Of a DNA stretch of 64,000 bases, positions 19,153-27,374 are shown one piece after another. The DNA is from Anaerolineae bacterium. GTDB taxonomy: Bacteria > Chloroflexota > Anaerolineae > DRVO01. Positions within the stretch are counted from its first letter, which is position 1. The number at the start of each line of letters is the position of its first letter. The translations under genes and the position numbers were made by a program. The notes beneath the pieces were generated by a model. It did not search any database. It saw nothing but the letters and a program-made list of their open reading frames with translations, and had not been told where the DNA came from. The stretch covers positions 51,238 through 115,237 of the forward strand of contig JABLXR010000030.1 in NCBI GenBank assembly GCA_013178015.1, given 5' to 3'.

Positions 19153-20136
19153 GTGGGCATGAGCGATGATGGCGCACGACTGGTTGGCATGTTGCGCACG
19201 ATGTACCGCATTCGCTTCTTCGAGGAGCGGGTGAAGGAGCTGTTCGGGCAGAACCTAATCTGGGGCGGAGTGCACCTTTACATCGGCCAGGAGGCGGTGG
19301 CTACGGGTGCGTGCGCCGCCCTGCGCCGCGATGATTACCTGGTGAGCACGCACCGAGGTCATGGCCACTGCCTGGCCAAAGGGGGTGACATCCGACGCAC
19401 TATGGCCGAGCTCATGGGGCGAGACACCGGCTATTGCAGGGGCCGCGGCGGCTCCATGCACCTCTTCGACCCAGAGATCGGACTGCTGGGCGGCAACGGC
19501 ATCGTGGGCGCGGGACTTCCCATTGCTCTAGGGGCCGCCCTCTCCGCCCAGTACCGAGGCAGTGACCAGGTCTGTGCATGCTTCTTCAGCGACGGGGCGT
19601 CCAATCAGGGCACCTTCCACGAGTCGCTCAACCTGGCTGCGCTGTGGAAGCTGCCTTTGGTATACATCTGCGAGAACAACCTCTATGCCGCCACCACCCC
19701 GGCCTCCAAGACGCTGCCCTTGCCGGACATCTACGTCCGGGCAGCCGCTTACGGGATCCCCGGAGTGTCAGTGGACGGCAACGACGTAGAAGCGGTGTAC
19801 CAGGCGGTCAGCCAAGCGGTGACGCGGGCCCGGGGTGGGGAGGGGCCATCACTGGTGGAGTGCAAGACCTACCGCATCGAGGGGCACTGCATGGTGCTGG
19901 ATTGCCACCGCGATCCCGAGGAGCTGGCAGCCTGGAAGGAAAGGGATCCCATCCGAATGTTCGAGGGCCGTCTGCTGGAGATGGGCGTCATAGCCACTGA
20001 TGACATCGCTGAGCTGCGCTCGCAGGCGGAGGCAGACGTCCGGGAGGCAGTCGAGTACGCCCAGGCCAGTCCCTTCCCTTCGGCGGATGACCTGGGATTG
20101 GCGGATCTTCCTGCCGCCGTGGTCGCCGGGTTCTAG
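19153..20136 (+). CDS. Thiamine-diphosphate-dependent 2-oxoacid/acetoin dehydrogenase E1 component, alpha subunit
   Basis: TPP-binding region GGNGIVGAGLPIALGAALSAQYRG...CFFSDGASNQGTFHESLNLAALWKLPLVYICENNLYA. The phospho-loop-like YRIEGH is present. Confidence 0.9.
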   Translation: MGMSDDGARLVGMLRTMYRIRFFEERVKELFGQNLIWGGVHLYIGQEAVATGACAALRRDDYLVSTHRGHGHCLAKGGDIRRTMAELMGRDTGYCRGRGGSMHLFDPEIGLLGGNGIVGAGLPIALGAALSAQYRGSDQVCACFFSDGASNQGTFHESLNLAALWKLPLVYICENNLYAATTPASKTLPLPDIYVRAAAYGIPGVSVDGNDVEAVYQAVSQAVTRARGGEGPSLVECKTYRIEGHCMVLDCHRDPEELAAWKERDPIRMFEGRLLEMGVIATDDIAELRSQAEADVREAVEYAQASPFPSADDLGLADLPAAVVAGF

Positions 20137-20192
20137 CGGCCTGGTGCCTAGCTGGGGCCGGATACTTCGCTCATGGATAGAGGTGTGACCAA

Positions 20193-21170
20193 GTGCGCGA
20201 GTTGATGTACGTCCAGGCTCTCAATGAGGCTCTCGTCGAGGAGATGGGGCGTGACGCCTCGGTGTTTCTCATAGGAGAGGACATCGGCTACTCCGGCGGA
20301 GGTGTCTTCCGGGTCACCACCGGGCTGGCGGACAGGTTTGGCGACGGGCGAGTCAGGGAGACGCCCATATCGGAGTCGGCCATCATTGGCACGGCCGTGG
20401 GGGCCGCAGCAACCGGCCTCAGGCCCGTAGCCGAGATCATGTATATGGACTTCATTACCTGCGGCATGGACCAGGTGGCGAACCAGGCTGCCAAGATTAG
20501 CTTCATGTCCGGGGGACAGGTGAGGCTACCGCTGGTGATCAGAACACCCTCGGGGATGGGAACGCGGGAGGCGGCCCAGCACAGCCAGAGCCTCGAGGCC
20601 TGGTTCGTGCACACTCCTGGCCTGAAGGTGGTCATGCCGGCGACGGTGTATGACGCCAAGGGGCTGCTCAAGTCTAGCATCCGCGACGATGGCCCGGTGC
20701 TCTTCATCGAGAACCGTATGCTTTACTATGAGAAGGAGAGCGTGCCGGAGGGCGAGTGGGTGGTGCCGCTGGGCCAGGCTGCCATCAGGCGGGAGGGCGA
20801 TCAGCTCACCGTCGTGGCCACCGCCTACGCTCTGCACAAGGCTCTGAAGGCGGCGGAGATGGTGGCGGGCGAAGTCAGCGTAGAGGTCATAGATCCCCGC
20901 ACTCTAGTGCCCCTGGACATGGAAGCCATCACCCGCTCTCTAGAGAAGACGGGTCGCCTGCTGGTGGTACACGAAGCCCCCGTTCGGGGAGGCTTTGGGG
21001 CTGAGGTGGTGCGCCGGGCGATGGAGAGCGCGTTCGAGTACCTGGACTGCGCTCCCCGGGTGCTGGGTGGCGCCGCCACGCCCATGCCCTACAGCCCGCC
21101 GCTGGAGGATGCCTGCGTGCCGCAGGTGGAGGACATCGTGGCGGCCATGCGGGCCATGGTTGGCAGGTAG
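20193..21170 (+). CDS. 2-oxoacid/acetoin dehydrogenase E1 component, beta subunit (transketolase-like)
   Basis: FLIGEDIGYSGGGVFRVTTGLADRFG...RVRETPISESAIIGTAVGAAATGLRP is typical of E1 beta. It follows E1 alpha after a 56-nt gap. No E2 or E3 in the window. Confidence 0.9.
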   Translation: MRELMYVQALNEALVEEMGRDASVFLIGEDIGYSGGGVFRVTTGLADRFGDGRVRETPISESAIIGTAVGAAATGLRPVAEIMYMDFITCGMDQVANQAAKISFMSGGQVRLPLVIRTPSGMGTREAAQHSQSLEAWFVHTPGLKVVMPATVYDAKGLLKSSIRDDGPVLFIENRMLYYEKESVPEGEWVVPLGQAAIRREGDQLTVVATAYALHKALKAAEMVAGEVSVEVIDPRTLVPLDMEAITRSLEKTGRLLVVHEAPVRGGFGAEVVRRAMESAFEYLDCAPRVLGGAATPMPYSPPLEDACVPQVEDIVAAMRAMVGR

Positions 21171-21257
21171 TGGTTAGGGGGTGGCGGCTAGTTTGGTGGA
21201 AGACGCCGCTCGCTCTCCACTGCTCATCAACCGCTATCCACTCCTCAGGAGGGTTAC

Positions 21258-22334
21258 GTGACGCCACGAGAGAGGTTGCTGGCCGCCATCAACCGCAGGA
21301 AGCCGGACAGGCTGCCGAAGGCCATATCGTTCACCGAGCCAGCGCTGAGGGTATTCCGGGAGAAGACCGGGGCGACCGATCCTCAGGAGTACTTCGGGGT
21401 GGAGACCAGGTGGGTGAGCTTCGGCCCAACTAAGGTCAAGACAGACTGGACGCGGTTCCTGCCTGATCTGCCTGAGGGCGCCGAGTTCAGCGAGTGGGGG
21501 GTCGGATACCTCAAACGTCCCGACACCCACTACTTCCGATACGCGGGGCCCATGCGCAGCTTCACCACAGTGGAGCAGATCCGCTCCTATCCCTATCCGG
21601 ACATCACCGCCGACTACCGCCATGCCGACCTGGAAGAACGGGTGGCAGCCCTGCAGGACCGGGGCTACGCCGTGGCCGGAAGCGTGACCCCCGAGGGTGG
21701 TGCCTTCTTCGAGGCCGCCTGGGTACTACGCGACTTGGATCAGCTTCTGGTTGATTTCGCCGCCAACCCCGAGATGGCCGACGCGTTGCTGGACGAGGTG
21801 TCGGAGCGCAGCGCCTTCATGTCCCGGCGGTTTGCCGAAGCCGGCGTGGACCTCATCTACACTGGTGACGACGTCGGCACGGAGCGGGCCATGCTCATCA
21901 GCCCGGCCACCTGGCGCCGGTTCATCAAGCCCCGGTTCGCCCGGGTCATCGCGGCGGCGCGGGAGGTGCGGCCCGACATCCCCGTGTTCTACCACTGCGA
22001 CGGCTACTGCGAGCCCATCATCCCGGAGCTGATCGAGATCGGGGTGACCATCCTCAACCCGGTGCAGCCGGAGTGCATGGACCCCATCAAGCTCAAGCGG
22101 CGGTACGGCGACCAACTGGCGTTCTGGGGCACCATCGGCACCCAGACTACCATGCCTTTCGGCACCCCCGATGAGGTGCGGGCGGCGGTGAAGCGCATGT
22201 TCGAGACGGTGGGCGAGGGAGGGGGGTTGGTCATCGCCCCCACGCAGGTGATCGAGCCCGACGTCCCGTGGGAGAACATCGTCGCCTTCGCCGAAGCCGT
22301 GGCGGAGTGCGTTTATACGGTCGCTGACGCTTAG
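21258..22334 (+). CDS. Uroporphyrinogen-decarboxylase (URO-D) family protein, MtaA/CmuA-like methyltransferase-type
   Basis: N-terminal ERLLAAINRRKPDRLP and overall URO-D-like length (~358 aa). The genomic context (MttB-family neighbour) fits the methylcobamide-type methyltransferase subfamily rather than HemE. GTG start with AGGAGGG Shine-Dalgarno. Confidence 0.7.
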   Translation: MTPRERLLAAINRRKPDRLPKAISFTEPALRVFREKTGATDPQEYFGVETRWVSFGPTKVKTDWTRFLPDLPEGAEFSEWGVGYLKRPDTHYFRYAGPMRSFTTVEQIRSYPYPDITADYRHADLEERVAALQDRGYAVAGSVTPEGGAFFEAAWVLRDLDQLLVDFAANPEMADALLDEVSERSAFMSRRFAEAGVDLIYTGDDVGTERAMLISPATWRRFIKPRFARVIAAAREVRPDIPVFYHCDGYCEPIIPELIEIGVTILNPVQPECMDPIKLKRRYGDQLAFWGTIGTQTTMPFGTPDEVRAAVKRMFETVGEGGGLVIAPTQVIEPDVPWENIVAFAEAVAECVYTVADA

Positions 22335-22341
22335 GCCAGGT

Positions 22342-23979
22342 GTGAGACCCCTGCCGTTCTTCGACATCAATGGAGCTATCGGCGAGCCTGTGTACTCCGC
22401 CGCCACCGGGCAGTTCGCCGGCTACCGCAGCGCCTCCGACTTGTTGGCGGAGATGGACCGCTGTGGGGTAGAGCGGTCGCTGGTCTGCCACTGGGAGGCG
22501 CTCAAGGTGCACCCCGCCTCGGGCAACGCACGCCTCATCGAGGAGGCGGGCGGGCACGAGCGACTCTTACCTTGCTGGGTGGTGCTGCCCCACTACACCG
22601 GCGAGATGTCCCGGCCGGCGGACCTGCTGAGCCGCATGCGCACCCTCGGCGTGAGGGCGGTGCGGCTGGTGCCGCACCTGTTCGGCTTCAGCCTGGACGA
22701 CTGGTGTTCGGGAGAGCTCCTCGCCGTCTTGGAGAAGGAGCACATCCTCACCATAGTGGAGGCGACGCCGGCCGAACTGGCATTCTTGTGCGAACGATTC
22801 CCTCGTCTGCCGCTGGCGGGCACGGACACCAACCTGCGCCAGATGTACCCCCTGCTGGCTCGATACTCCAACCTCTACCTGAGCCTCGAGGGCGCCTCTC
22901 ACCCGGAGATGGTGGAGGATGTGTGCCGGCGCTTCGGGCCCGGGCGTCTGCTCTTCGGTAGCCAGCGTCAAGCGCCCGTGTTTCCCACTGGAGACGTGGT
23001 GTATGAGCCGGGGGCATGGCGCTTGGGGCCTTCGTTGGCCACGGTGGCGTACGCCCGGGTATCCCGGAAGGCAAAGGAAGCCCTCGCCGGCAATACCCTG
23101 GCGACGCTCCTGGGGCTGCCCGCGGGTCGAGGCATGGCGCCCCAGGGCGAGGGAGAGATCATCGCTGCCGGGGCTGCTGGAGTCCCGGTGCCGGCCCGGG
23201 TGCTTGACGCCCACTTCCACCTGGGGCCGTGGGCCTACGGCCACCAGCCGGGAACTGACGTTGACGCCGCCCTGGCCATGATGGACGCAGCCGGGGTAGA
23301 GGTGGCCTGCGTCAGTTCAGCGTCGGCCGTGCAGGGCGGCGATCACTACCGCGGAAACCGGGAAGTGGCCCTGGTGTGCCGGGACCATCCCGACCGGTTC
23401 GTGGGCTTCGGCGTCATCAACCCGCATTTCCCGGACACCAGGGACGAGATTCGACGCTGCACAGAGCTCTACGGCTTCCGGGGACTGAAAGTGCACCCGC
23501 GCACTCACCAATGCAGCCTGGCCGATCCGAAGTACGTGCCTGTGTGGGAGGCGGCGGAGGACCCGGGGGTGCTGGTGCAGGCCCACACCGGCGAGCGCCA
23601 GACCGGCGCCAGCCCGAGGGCCTTCGAGGAGATCGCCAGCCGCTACCCTCGAGGCGTCTTTCACTTGGTACACTCCGGGGACAACCTGGAAGGGCTGCGC
23701 GTGTGTCTCGACCTCGCTTCCAAGCACCCGAACCTGTATCTCGGCACGTCGGACGTAGCCTTCATGTATGAGGGCATGCTGGAACACGCCGTTCGGCGAC
23801 TGGGAGCTGACCGCATAGTGTTCGAGTCCGACTGTGCCACCATTGGCCTCAATCACTCCCTCGGGATCGTGCTGTTCTCGGCTCTGAGCGACCGCGACAA
23901 GGCTCTAATCCTCGGCGGCAACCTGGCCCGACTTCTTGGTCGCGGATGCCCGGACGCGCCGGCGGGCCGGAGCGCATAG
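22342..23979 (+). CDS. Tandem-duplicated amidohydrolase-2 (PF04909-like TIM-barrel metal-dependent hydrolase) fusion protein
   Basis: The second half carries the HxH metal motif (VLDAHFHLGP) and ...VHPRTHQ...QAHTGE. The first half is alignable to the second (CHWEALKVHPASG / RGLKVHPRTH). Total 545 aa, about twice the single-domain size. Confidence 0.7.
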   Translation: MRPLPFFDINGAIGEPVYSAATGQFAGYRSASDLLAEMDRCGVERSLVCHWEALKVHPASGNARLIEEAGGHERLLPCWVVLPHYTGEMSRPADLLSRMRTLGVRAVRLVPHLFGFSLDDWCSGELLAVLEKEHILTIVEATPAELAFLCERFPRLPLAGTDTNLRQMYPLLARYSNLYLSLEGASHPEMVEDVCRRFGPGRLLFGSQRQAPVFPTGDVVYEPGAWRLGPSLATVAYARVSRKAKEALAGNTLATLLGLPAGRGMAPQGEGEIIAAGAAGVPVPARVLDAHFHLGPWAYGHQPGTDVDAALAMMDAAGVEVACVSSASAVQGGDHYRGNREVALVCRDHPDRFVGFGVINPHFPDTRDEIRRCTELYGFRGLKVHPRTHQCSLADPKYVPVWEAAEDPGVLVQAHTGERQTGASPRAFEEIASRYPRGVFHLVHSGDNLEGLRVCLDLASKHPNLYLGTSDVAFMYEGMLEHAVRRLGADRIVFESDCATIGLNHSLGIVLFSALSDRDKALILGGNLARLLGRGCPDAPAGRSA

Positions 23980-24358
23980 CCCCGGTCTTCCGTCCCACTC
24001 CTAGAAGCATCTCCACAGTCGACCTGGACCTGCGAGGGCGACAGGGTGAAGCCACCGCTGGGAGCCAGCGCCCCCTTCGGCAGCCGGAAGCTGGCCGTAC
24101 AGTGACGGCGACAGAGGCGGGCCCCTTCTTGTCGAGCCCGGCGAACGATCAGCTCCACGGAGGAGTTTGGTGCCGCCTGGGCGGCCCGCACGGCCCACTT
24201 GGGGATGAAGCTGGTAAGCTGACCCAGAGGCCCGAGTGAGAGCGCCGCGAGGGCGACCCTGGTAGGCGGGGTGGTCCAGGTTGGCCATTTGGGCTATATT
24301 GGAGCAGCGCATTGGGTAGTCCAACCTAGGTGGACACACGACAGGGGAAGGAGGAGAC

Positions 24359-25312
24359 ATGAGCTCGAATCGCCGCCTGATTAGGGTCCCATCCGAGACG
24401 TACGTGTATGCCGAGATAGACCCTGATGACCTCCAGAAGAGTGCCTCCAACATCATGCTGAAGCTGGCCGGCTTCCGCAGTTTCACCTACCTGCATCCCT
24501 ACGAGGAAGTAGATCCGGCCGCTGCCCCCGAGGACATCCGCGAGCAGTATGAGAGCGGCAACTTGGCGCGGCAGTTCCCCTTGGAGGAGGAGCCTTCGGA
24601 GGACGACGAGGAGGAGCCTATCGAGCTCAGCTTCACCGACGGAGCCCAGCCGCAGGCTGGCATGGCGGTATGCCGACTCCATTCCGCCACCTATGTGGCC
24701 ATCGAGGCCCCGGAAGACCCGGAGAAGACCTGGGAGGCGGTCCGAGCGCTTCTGGGCACGCAGAAAGCGGTGTCAGTGGCAGAGGCGGAGGTGCAGGTGG
24801 TGCCTTTGGAGCGGGCCCCGGAGGACGTTCGGCTCTGGGTGTACTACGCTGCCGCCGATCGGGTGGTGGTGCCGCTATGGCCGGAGGAGCAGATAGAGGA
24901 CCCCGAGCGGGTGATGGCGTGGAAGGACATGCCCCGGAAGTTGGCTCAGCCTGAGCCCTACACCGGACCCTACGTGAGAGTGGTGGCCGTCCATCCCGAG
25001 CATGTGCGGGGGATGCTCTGCCGAATGTGGCATCAGCGTCGGGACGAGAGCTCAGGCATCGGTACCGTACGGGGGAAGTACCCGGTAGATGTCGCTGTGT
25101 CCGTGCCCAGCGAAAAGCGTACGCCTCACATACACTCCTTCTCCTCGGTGGCGACGCGCGACTGGCGCCCGGGCCTGGTGTTCTACAGCAGGACAGACGA
25201 GGACGGTTGTCCACTCTCCTACGTGGGGGAGCGGCTGGAGCAGTACTGCGTGCCCCGCGGCTGGGTGTCGGAGAAGGTGTGGCGCTCCTGGCTGAAGGAT
25301 GAGGGCAAGTAG
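24359..25312 (+). CDS. Hypothetical protein with central acidic tract (EEEPSEDDEEEP)
   Basis: Strong Shine-Dalgarno (GGAAGGAGGAGAC) before the ATG; coding-like composition; no recognised domain. Confidence 0.6.
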   Translation: MSSNRRLIRVPSETYVYAEIDPDDLQKSASNIMLKLAGFRSFTYLHPYEEVDPAAAPEDIREQYESGNLARQFPLEEEPSEDDEEEPIELSFTDGAQPQAGMAVCRLHSATYVAIEAPEDPEKTWEAVRALLGTQKAVSVAEAEVQVVPLERAPEDVRLWVYYAAADRVVVPLWPEEQIEDPERVMAWKDMPRKLAQPEPYTGPYVRVVAVHPEHVRGMLCRMWHQRRDESSGIGTVRGKYPVDVAVSVPSEKRTPHIHSFSSVATRDWRPGLVFYSRTDEDGCPLSYVGERLEQYCVPRGWVSEKVWRSWLKDEGK

Positions 25313-25327
25313 CAGCAATGAGAGGAG

Positions 25328-26611
25328 ATGAGTCACGAGACCACTAGCGGCCAGGCGGTGAAGGCCGGGGACGGCGGAGTGGCCAAGGGCTGCAGACCGG
25401 ACGCATCCCAAGTGGGGGCGCTGAGGGTGGCGTCGCCGAGCCGTGGGACGTCGGTGGAGCGCGTCGCTCTGGTGGCGCCGTACGACTACGCCTACCGGGG
25501 AGGGGTCAACACCCACATCTCCAGCTTGGCACGTACCTACCAGGGGCTCGGCCTGCACGTGCGGGTGATTGCTGCCTGCTCGGAGACGGAGAACCCCCCC
25601 GAGCTGCTCATCAGCGCCTCTAGCAGCACCATTCCCATCCAGTACAGCGGCAGCACCGCCTACGTTAGCCTCTCGGCTCGCGCTTACGGTCGCATTCGGG
25701 ACGTGCTTCGCACTGAGGCATTCGATGTCATCCACCTCCACGAGCCGTTGACGCCGACCATCCCTTTCTACGCCCTTCTTCACTCCCAGACCCTGAATGT
25801 GGGGACGTTTCACGCTTACCGCGACTCGCGCTTCAGCTTGTACCAGGCAGCAGTGGCACTGCGGCCGCTGATGGATAAGCTGGACGGGCGGGTGGCCGTC
25901 AGCCCGGCGGCTCGGGACTACGTAGCCCGCTTCTTCCCTGGTGAGTACGTCATCATACCCAACGGGATCAACTACGAGTTCTTTGCCGCCGAGGGGGTGA
26001 GCCGCGTGCAGCGCTTCGGCGATGGGCGGCCCAACATCCTCTTCGTAGGACGGTTGGACAAGCGCAAGGGGTTCAAGTTCTTGCTGCGGGCCTACGAACA
26101 GGTGAAGCGAGCTTGCCCGGAGGTTCGGCTACTGGCGGTCGGAGGGTTTGATCAGGAAGAGGCAAGCGAGTTTTTGGATTTCGCCGAGGAACGGCGGCTA
26201 CCCGATGTTCACATGATCGGCTACGTGAGCGACGAAGAGCTCCGGGCCTACTACAACACCAGTGACGTGGTATGCGTGCCCTCTACCGGGTTCGAGTCTT
26301 TCGGGTACGTGCTGATAGAGGCCATGGCGGTGGGCAAGCCGGTGGTCGCCTCTGACATCGCTGGCTACCGGTTCGTCCTTGAGCATGGGCGTCAGGGCCT
26401 TCTCGTGCCGCCGGAGGACCCGGGAGCGCTGGCGGAGGCGCTCATCCGCCTCCTGCGCCAGCCGGAGCAGCGACGAGCGATGGGCCAGGCGGGTAAGGCG
26501 CGGGCTGCCGAGTTTTCCTGGAAGCGGGTGGCGCGGTCTTTGGTGGACTACTACGAAGAACTGCTACAACGTCGCCGGAAGAGGGCCAGCGCATGGTATC
26601 AGATCGGCTGA
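25328..26611 (+). CDS. GT-B glycosyltransferase, family 4 (PimA-like mannosyltransferase-type)
   Basis: C-terminal GT1/GT4 signature FVGRLDKRKGFKFLL...VVCVPSTGFESFGYVLIEAMAVGKPVVASDIAGY (E-x7-E). Immediately followed by a CDP-alcohol phosphatidyltransferase gene. Confidence 0.85.
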   Translation: MSHETTSGQAVKAGDGGVAKGCRPDASQVGALRVASPSRGTSVERVALVAPYDYAYRGGVNTHISSLARTYQGLGLHVRVIAACSETENPPELLISASSSTIPIQYSGSTAYVSLSARAYGRIRDVLRTEAFDVIHLHEPLTPTIPFYALLHSQTLNVGTFHAYRDSRFSLYQAAVALRPLMDKLDGRVAVSPAARDYVARFFPGEYVIIPNGINYEFFAAEGVSRVQRFGDGRPNILFVGRLDKRKGFKFLLRAYEQVKRACPEVRLLAVGGFDQEEASEFLDFAEERRLPDVHMIGYVSDEELRAYYNTSDVVCVPSTGFESFGYVLIEAMAVGKPVVASDIAGYRFVLEHGRQGLLVPPEDPGALAEALIRLLRQPEQRRAMGQAGKARAAEFSWKRVARSLVDYYEELLQRRRKRASAWYQIG

Positions 26612-27189
26612 GGGCTCTCCTCAGCCCCGTGCTCAACAGCATCGCCGGGCGCTTGGCCCGGCTGGGCCTGACCCCCAACAGCCTGACCGTCATTGGGCTG
26701 GTCCTCAACGTCGGCGTGGCCCTCGTGCTGGCTTCCGGGTGCCTCCGGTGGGGGGGCGTGCTCATCCTGGTGGCCAGCCTGGCCGACGGGCTGGACGGGG
26801 CGCTGGCACGTCATACTGGCAGTGTGACTCGGTTTGGAGCCTTCTTTGACTCTACGCTGGACCGCTACGCTGAGGCCGCCCTGTTCACGGGCCTGGTGTG
26901 GCACTTCGCCACGGTCGGAGCGCGCACAGAGGCGGTTCTGGCGGTGGTGGCCCTGTTCGGCAGCCTGGCCGTGTCCTACGCTCGGGCCCGAGCCGAGGGG
27001 CTGGGCATCTCCTGCACGGTGGGGCTCCTGACCAGAGCGGAGAGGATGATAGTGCTGGCGCTGGGCCTGGCGGCAGGGCTGACGCTCGCGACTCTGTGGG
27101 TGTTGGCCGTCTTCACCCACATCACCGCTATCCAGCGCATTCTGCACGTGCACAAGGTGGCCGCAGCGGAGGGGCAGACGCTCCGGTAG
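26593..27189 (+). CDS. CDP-alcohol phosphatidyltransferase (phosphatidylinositol-phosphate synthase-like)
   Basis: Canonical D-x2-DG-x2-AR-x8-G-x3-D-x3-D motif (DGLDGALARHTGSVTRFGAFFDSTLDRYAE). Six TM helices. Overlaps the upstream GT4 gene by 19 nt. Confidence 0.85.
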   Translation: MVSDRLRALLSPVLNSIAGRLARLGLTPNSLTVIGLVLNVGVALVLASGCLRWGGVLILVASLADGLDGALARHTGSVTRFGAFFDSTLDRYAEAALFTGLVWHFATVGARTEAVLAVVALFGSLAVSYARARAEGLGISCTVGLLTRAERMIVLALGLAAGLTLATLWVLAVFTHITAIQRILHVHKVAAAEGQTLR

Positions 27190-27374
27190 GGCCATCGGTG
27201 CTGGCCACCTCTTTCCCTCATTCCGCCGGAGGCCACCGGGACTTCGGCAGCATCGGGGGCAGCAGAGTCCACGGCACTGCCGGATCGGCCTGCCCGGCCG
27301 CTCTCTACCGATCGAGCCGGTCGCCTTTCATCCGCAGGTTGCCGGCGGTGTCCTTCCTGGGGGCTTGTGCCTCC

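Noticed and set aside
22567-25813. Multiple 150-250-aa antisense ORFs over the amidohydrolase, hypothetical and GT4 genes
   Set aside because: No domains, typical GC-rich antisense composition; the sense genes have motif support.
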